Below are positions 43,433 through 53,531 of a stretch of 61,999 nucleotides of DNA, piece after piece. The first letter of the stretch is position 1, and each line of letters opens with the position of its first letter. Source of the DNA: a virus (lineage: Duplodnaviria > Caudoviricetes); IMG/VR virus record IMGVR_UViG_3300010413_000031, positions 1-61,999 of that record, one strand, 5' to 3'. The notes under the pieces are model-generated. The model saw nothing but the letters and a program-made list of their open reading frames with translations, was not told the DNA's origin and did not search any database. A program made the translations under genes and the position numbers.

Positions 43433-43629
43433 TGCCAACGGCTGCACTGCACAGTTACTTCTGGCTGGATCAGGAAGAGCCGCCTCCTCCGCCTCCGGCC
43501 TTCAACATTTACAAGCGTGTTCCCAAGAAGCGGGGCTGGCCCGCTCTGCGGTTCCTGTCGGATGCGTATCCGCCACTACCGCCGTTCACTGACGAGTACG
43601 AAGGAGTAAGGTTCGATGACGAAGCGTAA
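43432..43629 (+). CDS. Microprotein (65 aa), Pro-rich
   Basis: MPTAALHSYFWLDQ, similar to the preceding ORF. Confidence 0.5.
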   Translation: MPTAALHSYFWLDQEEPPPPPPAFNIYKRVPKKRGWPALRFLSDAYPPLPPFTDEYEGVRFDDEA

Positions 43630-43957
43630 CAGGCCTCTGTCCAACCGCATGGATGAGGGCATGCTGGCGGCCATCGCAACTGCCGGTCTGCGGATCGTTC
43701 TGCAGGCCAACATCAGCGCGACGGGCTCCGCCAACGTCTCCTACACAGTCCAGGACGCGGCCACTCGACGTGTGATGGTTGTTCACAACGCTGGTGCGGC
43801 GTTTGACATCCGTGTGGAGAGGAATGCTGCGGCCACGGCCACAGACTTCCCGATCATCCCGCAGTTCTACTTCGCCATAGACTGCGAGAAGGATGACACG
43901 ATCCAGTTTTATAACGTGGGTACTACCACTACGGTATACATCCTGGAGCTGGAGTAG
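43616..43957 (+). CDS. Small beta-sandwich virion protein
   Basis: Beta-rich; coupled to terL. Confidence 0.5.
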   Translation: MTKRNRPLSNRMDEGMLAAIATAGLRIVLQANISATGSANVSYTVQDAATRRVMVVHNAGAAFDIRVERNAAATATDFPIIPQFYFAIDCEKDDTIQFYNVGTTTTVYILELE

Positions 43958-45516
43958 TGTTTCAGGATCGGGAGCGGCTGCTGCGGCTGGCTGAGGAGGA
44001 ACTAGCCAGGCGCGAGCGTGATGATCCGCTTGCCTATGGCTATACCCCGCACGCGTTCCAGGTACTGGCGCATCAGGATAATCATGACATCTTGATCGTG
44101 CTGGGCGGGAACCGTTCGGGGAAGTCTCATTTTGCCATGGCCGAGGCTCTGGATGTCGTGCTGGAGCGACAGCGCTGGAAGAGGCACCGCTCCGTCAAGC
44201 ACGGCCTGGGCCCCGTGGTGTGGTACATCATGCCCTCGATCCCCACGTTCAAGCGAGCCATCGAGCCCAAGTTCTGGGCCATGGTTCCTCGCAAGTACCT
44301 GCTGGACTGGAACAAGCAGGACAAGGTGGCCACTTTCAGGACGGAGCTGGGACACGTAGGCAAGCTGCACTTCCTGTCCGCTGAGATGCGACAGATCAGG
44401 CTGCAGGGTGCCTCCGTAGACCTGGTGGTCATGGACGAGACTCCCGATGAGGACGTATTCAAGGAGGCCAACATCCGTCTGGTCGACCGTAAGGGCCGCA
44501 TGATCATGGTGTTCAGCCCTATCGACATCCGCTCTTACTGGGTGCGTGACAAGCTGATCATCCCCGCACAGATCGGGGAAAGGAAGGACATAGACATCAA
44601 GGGAATCCCTGTGGCGGATGAGGAAGGGAAGGTCATCGTTCCCCACCTGGACCAGGAGGACGTGGACCGTATGTTCCGTCAGTATCCTGATCCGGCCGAC
44701 AGGGAGGCTCGTATCTACGGTCGCTTCACTTCCAGGCAGGGTCTGGTATTCAAGCAGTTCCGCCCGGAGGTCCACCTGCTGCCGCGCTTCAAGGTTCCTG
44801 AGATGTGGTCCAGGTTCTGGGTGGTGGACCCGCAGTACCATCGCTTTGCCGCCCTGCAGTTCGCCGTGGACGACAAGGGCACCTACTATGTTACGGACGA
44901 GTACTTTTCCCAGGACGAGACCCTGAGCGTTAGGGCCACCCGTATCTGGGCCATTACTGTAGAGATGAACAAGCCAGACAGGTCCCTGCCTGTCTATGTG
45001 GACTCGGCTAACCCGCAGGACATAGCCGAGTTGAACTATCACTTCCGGAAGGTCGGGGCCAAGCTGGGAGCTATCCCTCTGCCCATGCAGAAGCAGATCC
45101 ACAAGATGCTGCTCCGCACGCAGAGTCTCATGGAGCCCGACGACGAGCGGGAGTATCCGCCAGAGGCTGGCCCAGCAACCAAGGGCATCTTCGGCGCTCC
45201 GCGCCTATTCATCTTCGAGGATCTGTTCTCAAGCTGGATGCTAGCGGATCGCCGGATGGCCTCCTCAAGGCTGCTGTGGGAGATGACCCACTTGGCCTGG
45301 GGAGCGCATGACAAGCCGGAGAAGAAGAGCGCGGACGGTGCGGACTGCGCAGACTGCTTCATCTATGGCACCAGCATCCTGTCCAAGGGCTTCATGGAGA
45401 AAGACCCGCTGGCGTGGACCAAGGGCTTGTCCGAGGCCGACCTGATCATTAGGATGGCAGAGAAGAGGATGGAGACACTGGAGAGGTTGAACTGGCCTGG
45501 CTTTGACAGGCTATAG
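43957..45516 (+). CDS. terL: Terminase large subunit
   Basis: GGNRSGKS Walker A, VVMDE Walker B, nuclease VVDP/YVDSA, C-terminal DCADC. Confidence 0.92.
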   Translation: MFQDRERLLRLAEEELARRERDDPLAYGYTPHAFQVLAHQDNHDILIVLGGNRSGKSHFAMAEALDVVLERQRWKRHRSVKHGLGPVVWYIMPSIPTFKRAIEPKFWAMVPRKYLLDWNKQDKVATFRTELGHVGKLHFLSAEMRQIRLQGASVDLVVMDETPDEDVFKEANIRLVDRKGRMIMVFSPIDIRSYWVRDKLIIPAQIGERKDIDIKGIPVADEEGKVIVPHLDQEDVDRMFRQYPDPADREARIYGRFTSRQGLVFKQFRPEVHLLPRFKVPEMWSRFWVVDPQYHRFAALQFAVDDKGTYYVTDEYFSQDETLSVRATRIWAITVEMNKPDRSLPVYVDSANPQDIAELNYHFRKVGAKLGAIPLPMQKQIHKMLLRTQSLMEPDDEREYPPEAGPATKGIFGAPRLFIFEDLFSSWMLADRRMASSRLLWEMTHLAWGAHDKPEKKSADGADCADCFIYGTSILSKGFMEKDPLAWTKGLSEADLIIRMAEKRMETLERLNWPGFDRL

Positions 45517-45524
45517 GGGGAACG

Positions 45525-45725
45525 ATGCCTACAGAGGTCATAGTAGCGATCATGCTGTTGTCCCTGGTGGCAGGAGCAGGTGCTGGCTGGATAGCCTGCA
45601 CAGTAGCTCAGGTGCTGCCTATGCAGGAGAAGATCATGCAGATGCGGATCATGGGCTTTGATCCTGTGCGAAGGCCGCCCCCTCCTCCTGAGGAGGACAG
45701 CTTCCCAGAGGTCAACGAAACGTAG
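45525..45725 (+). CDS. Small membrane-anchored protein
   Basis: TM plus Pro-rich tail, between terL and portal. Confidence 0.55.
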   Translation: MPTEVIVAIMLLSLVAGAGAGWIACTVAQVLPMQEKIMQMRIMGFDPVRRPPPPPEEDSFPEVNET

Positions 45726-45735
45726 GAGTCGATAG

Positions 45736-47805
45736 ATGACACGCCTAACTCCAAAGGCCACGCAGGACGATATCACGCGGTTCACAGAGGATGCGTGGCG
45801 TTCCCTGGACCCGCTCTACAACTTCTGGTCCCGCCGTTGGCGCAGGACCATCGAGTTCCTGCGGGACGAGCACTGGAATGTCCTGAAGGATATTAACATA
45901 GACGAGGTGCCGAAGTGGCGCAGGTTCCCGGTTATCAACTACACCCAGCGTATCTTCATGGATATTCTGGGCAAGATGTTGCAGTCCCAGGTACGCTATA
46001 GCGCCGTGCCCGCGTCAGGAGACTTCGCGGACATCTCCTCTGCCAATATGGCAGAGAGCCTTCTCCAGCACGCGTGGGAGATCATGGAGATGGACGAGAA
46101 GAAGTTCGAGCTGTTGGCCTGGCTCATCTCCACAGGCAATGCCTCCCTGCGTAGCTATTGGAACACAGACACCGGGATTATGATCCCTCTGGCCCTGCCC
46201 GATCCGCAGACTGGAAGGCTGCTCCCGATCAATCCGGAGACCATGCAGGTCGATCTCTCCATGCCGGAGCCCATCATGCTGGACAGGGGAGAACTGGGTG
46301 TCGACGTGCTGAATCCCCAGCTAGTACGCTACCCCCGCAACAAGAGCAACGGAGTTCTCGTGGGTATGCTCATGACCCAGGACGAGGTCTCCCAGCGCTA
46401 CGGCGAGGAGTCTGTGGATAAGCTGAGCTTCAGCAAGATCAACCAGCAGTATCTGGTAGACCTGTCGTTCGCCAGCGAGCCCGGCATCGTGATCGGTGGG
46501 GACGAGGTCAAGCGCGCCCTCATCATCGAGCACTACCTGCCGCGCTCCAAGTGGTATCCCAAGGGGCTGTGGTGGACGCTGGCTGCCAACTCCAGTCACT
46601 TCCTGACCGAGCCTTCGGATCTGCCGGGTGGCGTCGTGCCTATCACGCAGTTCCGCTGGGTGCCTATACCTGGAACACGCCTGGGGGCCACACCCCTGTA
46701 CGGCATTACGTTCTCCAACAAGATGTACGACGAGGTCTCCGGAAAGATCCAGGAATGGATGATCAAGGTCGTACCTAAGGTCATCCTCAAGGAGGGTGGC
46801 GGTCTGGAGATGGGCAGCTTTGACGATGAGCCATTCCAGGAGGTCGTGGCTAACGTGGGTGGCGAGCCTGACTTTGCCGTCCCACCTGAGGTTCCGGCCC
46901 ATCTGTTCAAGATGCTGGAGAAGAACGTCAGTGATATGCGCTTCCAGGGCGGCTACGAGTTGAAGGACCAGCCTCAGCAGGCGCGTGGGCAGGTGCAGGG
47001 AACCAACCGCATGCCTGTGCAGGAGAGGCAGCGTGACGAGACCACTTTGCTGGAGATTGCCTCCAAACCGAGCTGGCAGCATTTTGGCCGCGTCACGCTC
47101 GCCTTCATCAAGGAGTACTATACTGAGGGCCGCGTGATTAGCGTGGTCGGACCCGACAAGCTGCACCAGTGGTTCTACTTCAGTCAGGAGGACCTGGCCA
47201 GGCTACCAGAGAGTATCCATGTAGATGAGATACCTCTGTACGCCCACAACCGCCAGAACCTCAGGGACACGGTGATCGGCATGATGAACAGCCCTGCGGC
47301 CCAGGTTATCTTCTCCGAGATCACGGAGGACGGCCAGTTCGTCATTGACAAGGACCGTATCGAGACCGCTATGCAGGCCACGGGCATCGATGTTGGCATC
47401 AGCGATCTGGACCCGGACGTTGCAGAGGCTAGGAATGAGCTGGCCATGCTCATGATCGGTCAGCCCTCTCCCGTCGAGCAGTATCAGAACCACGCTGTTC
47501 ACATAGCGGAACACAAGAGGGCTCTCAAGAGTATGAAGGTTAAGTCTGCGCCTCCCGAGCTGAAGCAGACCCTGATTCAGCACATGGGTGAGCATGAGCA
47601 GATCCTGGCTGACGCCGCACAGGCTCAGGAGCAGGCTGTCATTGCCCGCGAGAAGCAGATGCGCGACATTCGCGAGACTGCGGAGATGCAGGCTAACGTC
47701 AAGGAGATGATCGCTGAGGCGATTGTGGAGGCCGTTGGCGAGGGTATGAAGCAGGCCATGGCCGATATCATGTCCATCAAGGAGGAGCGGGGATCCAATG
47801 AGTAA
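45736..47805 (+). CDS. Portal protein
   Basis: 689 aa after terL; VINYTQR; C-terminal QNHAVHIAEH helix. Confidence 0.85.
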   Translation: MTRLTPKATQDDITRFTEDAWRSLDPLYNFWSRRWRRTIEFLRDEHWNVLKDINIDEVPKWRRFPVINYTQRIFMDILGKMLQSQVRYSAVPASGDFADISSANMAESLLQHAWEIMEMDEKKFELLAWLISTGNASLRSYWNTDTGIMIPLALPDPQTGRLLPINPETMQVDLSMPEPIMLDRGELGVDVLNPQLVRYPRNKSNGVLVGMLMTQDEVSQRYGEESVDKLSFSKINQQYLVDLSFASEPGIVIGGDEVKRALIIEHYLPRSKWYPKGLWWTLAANSSHFLTEPSDLPGGVVPITQFRWVPIPGTRLGATPLYGITFSNKMYDEVSGKIQEWMIKVVPKVILKEGGGLEMGSFDDEPFQEVVANVGGEPDFAVPPEVPAHLFKMLEKNVSDMRFQGGYELKDQPQQARGQVQGTNRMPVQERQRDETTLLEIASKPSWQHFGRVTLAFIKEYYTEGRVISVVGPDKLHQWFYFSQEDLARLPESIHVDEIPLYAHNRQNLRDTVIGMMNSPAAQVIFSEITEDGQFVIDKDRIETAMQATGIDVGISDLDPDVAEARNELAMLMIGQPSPVEQYQNHAVHIAEHKRALKSMKVKSAPPELKQTLIQHMGEHEQILADAAQAQEQAVIAREKQMRDIRETAEMQANVKEMIAEAIVEAVGEGMKQAMADIMSIKEERGSNE

Positions 47806-48868
47806 GTTCACTTACGAAGAGGACATGGAGCTACTGGAGAGGTACGGGCATGGAGAGTCGCAGGCAGACATAGCCAAGAAGATGAAGAGGCCCCGCACGT
47901 CCGTCAGGGACCGGGGCTATTTCTATGGGCTGGACTGGAGCGAAGAGAGCCAGCAGAAGCGCTGGCAAGTAGCCGTCCAGCTCAGGGCTGACATCACCCA
48001 GGCGCAGCAGACTACGCCCACTCTCCAGCCCATCAACATCACTGTAGAACCACGCAAGACCAGGGCGCTGATCGATAACCTGCCCTGGGTCGATCTGATC
48101 TATGGCGATCTCCACATCCCATTTCATGACCCGGCAGCCCTGGATGTGCTTTACAAGCTACTAGAGCTTATTAAAGTAGACAGGGTTGTCGACATCGGGG
48201 ACGTGGTGGACAACTGGCAGATCAGCAATTTCCTACCGCCCGACGAGCAGAAGCTTACGGCGGTCCAGAAGGACTTTTCTCAGCAGTTTCAGCTAGCGGC
48301 CGAGCACTTGGGCCAGGTTCGCTCCCTCGCTCCGGAGGCCGAACTTCTCCTGTTGGAGGGCAACCACGAGGAGCGCTGGGACAGGATGCTGCGTCAGGCT
48401 CAGACGGACCATCGCTGGCGTCATATCCTCAATCTGCCCAAGATCCAGGAGGCTATGAAGATGCACTCACTGCTGGGTATCGAGGGCTCTGGGTGGAAGT
48501 ATTACGACTACAAGAACAACGAAGTCATGCTCAATCGGCATGTGCTAGCCACGCACGGGGATCGCTGCACCAAGTGGGTCACCCGCCAAATGCTGGAGCG
48601 GTATGGCAAGAGCGTGATCTTCGGCCACACCCACAGGGTTCAGAACTGGGTCAAGCGCGACCTCAAGGCCACAGAGGCGGCCTGGAGCATCGGCTGCCTG
48701 TGCGATGTGAACCCTCACTATGGCGACTCGCTGGCTGTGGACTGGGCTCAGGGACTGGTGCTGCTCGTTGCGGATGGCCCTCCTGAGGAAGTGAACCACT
48801 TCAACGTGATCCAGCTCCGCATCCATTGGGGCAACTGCACGACACCCTGGGGAACTATCAAGGCGTAG
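47798..48868 (+). CDS. HTH + calcineurin-like metallophosphoesterase
   Basis: SQADIAKKMKRPRTSV; GDLHIPF, GDVVD, GNHEER, THG, GHTHR. Confidence 0.85.
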   Translation: MSKFTYEEDMELLERYGHGESQADIAKKMKRPRTSVRDRGYFYGLDWSEESQQKRWQVAVQLRADITQAQQTTPTLQPINITVEPRKTRALIDNLPWVDLIYGDLHIPFHDPAALDVLYKLLELIKVDRVVDIGDVVDNWQISNFLPPDEQKLTAVQKDFSQQFQLAAEHLGQVRSLAPEAELLLLEGNHEERWDRMLRQAQTDHRWRHILNLPKIQEAMKMHSLLGIEGSGWKYYDYKNNEVMLNRHVLATHGDRCTKWVTRQMLERYGKSVIFGHTHRVQNWVKRDLKATEAAWSIGCLCDVNPHYGDSLAVDWAQGLVLLVADGPPEEVNHFNVIQLRIHWGNCTTPWGTIKA

Positions 48869-48876
48869 GGGGAGTT

Positions 48877-49095
48877 ATGAGGATGACCAATCCTTACTGC
48901 GAGGGCAGCCCGGAATGGAGGGCATTCGAGGCCGGGCGCCGTGAGGGCAGACAGGAAGCCCTCATGAAGCTGGCAGACGTACACGCAGGCACGTTCTATC
49001 GCTACAAAGAGCTGTGCGCTGCGGCTGGCGTGGATCAATATGGCTACTTCAAGGGGGAGAAAGAGTTGCTTGACATAGGCTCTCCTGAGAGCTAG
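48877..49095 (+). CDS. Hypothetical protein
   Basis: GGGAG RBS. Confidence 0.45.
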   Translation: MRMTNPYCEGSPEWRAFEAGRREGRQEALMKLADVHAGTFYRYKELCAAAGVDQYGYFKGEKELLDIGSPES

Positions 49096-49098
49096 GCT
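49070..49098 (+). promoter_or_regulatory. Sigma70-type promoter
   Basis: TTGACA-17 bp-TAGGCT before the scaffold operon. Confidence 0.65.
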
Positions 49099-49135
49099 AT
49101 CAGCGTGTACACGAACCATTTCATAGGAGTTAGTC

Positions 49136-49411
49136 ATGGCTAAGATCAAGCGTTACAGCGGTGGGGTGAAGAACAACCTGGGCAGCTCCCAGACCAAGGT
49201 TGCCAAGGTCGCCCCCAACCAGCCGGGCGGAGGGCAGAACCCTACCGTAGCGGCAGGAAGTCTGCAGGGGATCATCTCCGGCAGGTCTAACCGGCCACCC
49301 AGCACGAGCGGGCCGTCCCGTTCCAAGCCTGGAGCGGCCAAGGAGGTCAATAGTGCGGGTCCCAGCGTGAACCCGCCAACAAGCCCTAACATGCCGCCCA
49401 AGGCCAAGTAG
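49136..49411 (+). CDS. Basic low-complexity protein
   Basis: AGGAG RBS; Gly/Pro/Ser/Lys-rich. Confidence 0.55.
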   Translation: MAKIKRYSGGVKNNLGSSQTKVAKVAPNQPGGGQNPTVAAGSLQGIISGRSNRPPSTSGPSRSKPGAAKEVNSAGPSVNPPTSPNMPPKAK

Positions 49412-49434
49412 GGTAACAAGGAGGAGCAACCATT

Positions 49435-50451
49435 ATGAACGATCCAACGGTAGCTTCCCGTATGGAGGCGCTGCCTGAGGTCAAGGGCACGCATGATACG
49501 GGAGAGGCTGCGCGTAGCGCGGCCCAGAGCCTGGTTAAGGGCATGCGGGGCGTCGAGCCCGCTGCCGAGCCAGAGCCTACACAGGGGCTTCCTTACGAGC
49601 GTACAGTACCCGAGCCCGAGCCTGTAGAGGCTGGGGGAGAGCCTGCTGTCGAGCCTGCCGTAGAGCCTGCGGTAGAGGATGATGGCTGGTCTGAGTTCCA
49701 GGCAGACAATACACTGCTGGACACTCTGGCCGAGATGGGTGTGGAGCTGGGCGTAGATCCGGAGACCATTCCTGCGGAACTGATGCCTCAGTTCAACGCT
49801 CTTGCCAGGGCCGCTGTGATGATGGCCGACCAGGTTATTGAGAAGGATGTGGAGGCCGAGTCCCTCCGACTTCAGCAGCAGGAACTCTCGAAGCAGATCT
49901 CGGAGGATCCCACTAAGTTCTTGCTGGCCATGATGTTGACGTACCCAGATCAGTTCAAGAGCGTCATCGAGGTGGCCCAGCAGGCAGAAGTAGATGATGC
50001 TGTGAAGGAGCGCGTCTATAAGGAGCTGGAGGCCGAGGCCAAGCTCCGAGAGGCAAACCGCAAGGAACAGCTCTATACACACCGGGAGAAGCTACAGCGA
50101 GCGCGCCAGCTCACATACCTGACTCGTCAGGCAGCCAAGCGTTACGGTGTAGATGCGAGTCTGGCTGAGCAGACTGTGGCCACTCATATCAAGGCGCAGG
50201 GCGGAAACCTGTCTCTAGAGGCCGTGGACCAGATCGTTCGCGGCATTCGCGGCGGGCAGGGCAGCCGTCGTGCCGCCTTCCAGCCCCATGTAAAGCCGGG
50301 CCAGGCCAAGTCTCAGCAGACGGCTCCCGGCCCTACACCCGGTCAGGATGCCCCACCAGGAACGGCGCCAGCCACCCCAAGGCGGGGGCTGCAGTCGCCC
50401 ATCCGCAAGATCATTGGCGATTCCTTCCGGAAGGCCGTGACCGGAGGCTAG
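49435..50451 (+). CDS. Capsid scaffolding protein
   Basis: Acidic EPAV repeats, coiled coil, just upstream of the capsid gene. Confidence 0.7.
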   Translation: MNDPTVASRMEALPEVKGTHDTGEAARSAAQSLVKGMRGVEPAAEPEPTQGLPYERTVPEPEPVEAGGEPAVEPAVEPAVEDDGWSEFQADNTLLDTLAEMGVELGVDPETIPAELMPQFNALARAAVMMADQVIEKDVEAESLRLQQQELSKQISEDPTKFLLAMMLTYPDQFKSVIEVAQQAEVDDAVKERVYKELEAEAKLREANRKEQLYTHREKLQRARQLTYLTRQAAKRYGVDASLAEQTVATHIKAQGGNLSLEAVDQIVRGIRGGQGSRRAAFQPHVKPGQAKSQQTAPGPTPGQDAPPGTAPATPRRGLQSPIRKIIGDSFRKAVTGG

Positions 50452-50480
50452 TACTCCCACTGCTCTTTCGAGGGTAGTGC

Positions 50481-50510
50481 GCAGGGGGCCTACGGGCCCC
50501 CTTGCTACTT
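50481..50510 (+). terminator. Hairpin after the scaffold gene
   Basis: GCAGGGGGCC-TACG-GGCCCCCTTGC-TACTT. Confidence 0.55.
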
Positions 50511-50538
50511 GACAAGGCCCATTGCCGTACTGCACATT
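50509..50538 (+). promoter_or_regulatory. Sigma70-type promoter for the capsid gene
   Basis: TTGACA-18 bp-CACATT. Confidence 0.5.
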
Positions 50539-50650
50539 GGCTATGCACGCCAATGTGGCAGACGCGCAACTGCTAGCATGGCATTGGAAACAGCAGTACC
50601 GGAACCACCAGACAACCAACTTCGACTCATAAGCTGAAGGAGAAATACCA

Positions 50651-51940
50651 ATGGCTGTTGTACAGGCTGACCTCACCCGCCTGGATGCCGTCCTGAAGGA
50701 CAGGCCTCTGGTTGATGCGGTGCAGGAGGCACTGAACAAGGCCACGCCTTTCGCTGAGCAGATCACGCAGGAGCTAACACTCTCCGGCCGTAAGGGCATT
50801 TTCCCTGCCCAGTTCGGCGTGAACGAGGGTGTGTACATGCGTGGTGATGGTGGTAGCTTCGGTGATGCCAAGGCTAACCAGCCACAGCTGGCGGAGGTAA
50901 CGGCCAAGTTCATGTATGCCCTGTTCGAGATCACGGGCCCAATCATGTCCGCGTCTCGTGACAACCCTGGTGCCTTCGAGGACGGACTCGCTCTGTCCAT
51001 CGAGAACACCATCGACGGACTCAAGCTGGACGCTGCCCGTCAGTACATCGGCTTCGGTAAGGGCCTCATCGGCGTTGTTGACTCGCGTACGAACGCAACC
51101 ACTCTGGTGCTGCGTGACCTACACGGTGTTGGCTACACGCTGGCTGCTGCCGCTCAGACCGATACCGATTACATGGGCGATGTCCCTGTTAAGAACATTC
51201 TGCGTGTGGACATGGCGTTCGACTGCATCGACGAGAACGACGGTAGCACCGTCAACATCTCGAACGGTACAGTGACGTCCATTACTCACACCGACACCCT
51301 GACAACCATCGTCCACGACGGTACCGAGTCCGCTACACCAGCGGCTGGCGACTGGATCGTGCGAGCAGGCAACCTGGACAAGGAGATCCAGGGCTTCCTG
51401 GAGGGCGTGGAGGAGACGGGTACCTACCTGGGTATCTCGCGTACTGGCCGCCCCGGCTGGCAGGGTGTAATCGTTGACGCTACGGACGGCGGCAGTGTGG
51501 CCGTTCCGCTCGACCCCAACGACCTGCGTGACACCATCGACTTGATCGTTGAGACTAGTGGCCAGGAGCCACAGTTCATCGTCGGTAACTTCAAGCAGCG
51601 TCGTAACGTGTACAACCTGAGTGCCCCTCAGATCCGTTACGCGCCGAAGACTGCCGATCAGGGACTCGTGTCTAGTGGTCCTATGGACATGACGGTCACG
51701 TTCGACGGCATGCGCTTCATCACTGAGCGCTTCTTCCCGCCACAGCATCTGGGCTTCGTCAACACGAAGTTCTGGTACCACGCTATCGACAAGGACGTGG
51801 AGTGGATCCAGGGTAACAACGGAACCGTTCTGCACTTCCTGCTGACTAGCGATACGTACCGCGCTGTGATGAGGACGTACCGCAACCTCGCATGCCTGTA
51901 TCCAGCGGCCAACGGCCTGCTGTACGGGCTAGAGGAGTAA
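50651..51940 (+). CDS. Major capsid protein (HK97 fold)
   Basis: 429 aa after the scaffold; strong RBS and codon bias; C-terminal YRNLACLYPAANGLL. Confidence 0.85.
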   Translation: MAVVQADLTRLDAVLKDRPLVDAVQEALNKATPFAEQITQELTLSGRKGIFPAQFGVNEGVYMRGDGGSFGDAKANQPQLAEVTAKFMYALFEITGPIMSASRDNPGAFEDGLALSIENTIDGLKLDAARQYIGFGKGLIGVVDSRTNATTLVLRDLHGVGYTLAAAAQTDTDYMGDVPVKNILRVDMAFDCIDENDGSTVNISNGTVTSITHTDTLTTIVHDGTESATPAAGDWIVRAGNLDKEIQGFLEGVEETGTYLGISRTGRPGWQGVIVDATDGGSVAVPLDPNDLRDTIDLIVETSGQEPQFIVGNFKQRRNVYNLSAPQIRYAPKTADQGLVSSGPMDMTVTFDGMRFITERFFPPQHLGFVNTKFWYHAIDKDVEWIQGNNGTVLHFLLTSDTYRAVMRTYRNLACLYPAANGLLYGLEE

Positions 51941-51964
51941 CCTGGGGCCTAAGGAGGTAAAACC

Positions 51965-52381
51965 ATGGCTGCAACAAAGCGCAAGGGGCATGCCTCCCTA
52001 GTGAGCCCTGACGTAGTGTCTTGGCGTGACTTGGTGGTGACTACTACGGTCCTGACTACAACGGGCCGTAGTGTCCCCGTTCTGTACTGCCCGTACGATC
52101 TCCGCGTGAAGAGGGTAACCTTCGTGCAGGAGGCCGACGCGGCGGGTACGGCCATGACCGTCAAGGTACGCAACGAGACCCAGTCTACCGACATCACTAG
52201 CACCCTGGACATTGCTGCCCTGGGTGCGCTGGCGGGCGGAGTTGTGCCTGTTACGGCAGCCGGTGCGGCCCTGCGCTGCGCGGCTGGCGACGTGCTGTCT
52301 CTGGTGCATGCTGTAACGTCTGGTACGACAGCACCTGATGAGTGCCAGGTAGTCCTGGATATCGAGCGTCTCGACACATAG
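51965..52381 (+). CDS. Capsid decoration-like protein, paralogue 1
   Basis: LVSPDVVSWR...LDIERLDT. Confidence 0.55.
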   Translation: MAATKRKGHASLVSPDVVSWRDLVVTTTVLTTTGRSVPVLYCPYDLRVKRVTFVQEADAAGTAMTVKVRNETQSTDITSTLDIAALGALAGGVVPVTAAGAALRCAAGDVLSLVHAVTSGTTAPDECQVVLDIERLDT

Positions 52382-52391
52382 GGGGTAAGGC

Positions 52392-52808
52392 GTGAGTGCG
52401 ATTAAACCTAAAGCGCACACCGTCCTTGTCCACCCACGAGTGGTCTCTTGGCGCGAGTACGCTCAAGCCATAGTAGACCTGGATGGAAGCACTACGCGGA
52501 CGGTGGCCATATTCGCGGCCCCGTTCGCGGGTGCTATTTGCGATGCTGCCTACACCCAGGAGAAGGATGCGGACGGAGACAAGACCGTCAAACTGCGCAA
52601 CCTGACGAAGGGAGTAGACATAACACAGGAACTGGATGTCGATGCGCTGGGCGCAAACGGCTCCTCAACCTTCACCATTATCAGGGCTGCGGCCGAGTTC
52701 GAGGAACTGGATGTAGTCGGCCTGGTCTATACGGTGAATACGGCCGGTACGGTAAATCCGGAGCAAATTAGCATCTCCATGGATCTTGAGAGGCTAGACA
52801 GTGAGTAG
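52392..52808 (+). CDS. Capsid decoration-like protein, paralogue 2
   Basis: LVHPRVVSWR...MDLERLDS. Confidence 0.55.
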   Translation: MSAIKPKAHTVLVHPRVVSWREYAQAIVDLDGSTTRTVAIFAAPFAGAICDAAYTQEKDADGDKTVKLRNLTKGVDITQELDVDALGANGSSTFTIIRAAAEFEELDVVGLVYTVNTAGTVNPEQISISMDLERLDSE

Positions 52809-53223
52809 GAGGAAGCCCAAGGTCTTCGGCTCCCTTGTCAGCCTGGGAGATGTAGAGTGGCGTCAGCTACTACTACTGAGTTTTGAAAAGGATGCCAGCC
52901 TGGGCCAGGATGTCGCTATCTACCGTACAGTGGCTCCGATGCGGATCAAGCGCATGATCCTGACACGCGAGACAGCAGCAGGCGACTTCTTTTTCAGGGT
53001 GAAGGTGTGGCTGCCCTCCAGCGTGCAGTACTTCAGTAACTATATTGGTGCTGCCAGTGCGCCCGCTGCGAATGAGGCTCTTGATATGCCGCTCTCTGCT
53101 GCCAATAAGGCTCGCACGATCCCTGTTGGTAGCTGGATCGAGGCTGAGTGGGCTTTCGCCGCTGGCGGAGAGTGGAACCACTGCAGCCTCACACTGGAAG
53201 TAGAACGACTAGATACGGAGTAA
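52801..53223 (+). CDS. Capsid decoration-like protein, paralogue 3
   Basis: LVSLGDVEWR...LEVERLDT. Confidence 0.55.
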   Translation: MSRRKPKVFGSLVSLGDVEWRQLLLLSFEKDASLGQDVAIYRTVAPMRIKRMILTRETAAGDFFFRVKVWLPSSVQYFSNYIGAASAPAANEALDMPLSAANKARTIPVGSWIEAEWAFAAGGEWNHCSLTLEVERLDTE

Positions 53224-53227
53224 GAAG

Positions 53228-53521
53228 ATGCCGATCAACACTCCCATCGATAAGGGTATGGGATCCAACACCATTGCCAACGCTCTTGGAGCCAGGATGA
53301 TGCAGGGCGCCAACCCCCAGGGGCTACCGGCCAATGATGGTTCCACGCCCGAGGGGCTATTGAAGATGCTGGCTAGCGGCCAGATCGGAGCTGAGCAGCT
53401 GATTCAGCTGCTGACCATGCTCAGCGGTCTTGGCCCTCAGGGCCTGCAGGCAGGGCCCCCAGCTCCGGGCCCGACAGAAGAGGAGATCGCTGGTCCCATT
53501 GGCCAGGCCATGATGGGCTAG
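53228..53521 (+). CDS. Hypothetical protein
   Basis: Met/Gly/Gln-rich; GGAG RBS. Confidence 0.55.
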   Translation: MPINTPIDKGMGSNTIANALGARMMQGANPQGLPANDGSTPEGLLKMLASGQIGAEQLIQLLTMLSGLGPQGLQAGPPAPGPTEEEIAGPIGQAMMG

Positions 53522-53531
53522 GGAGGTTCCC

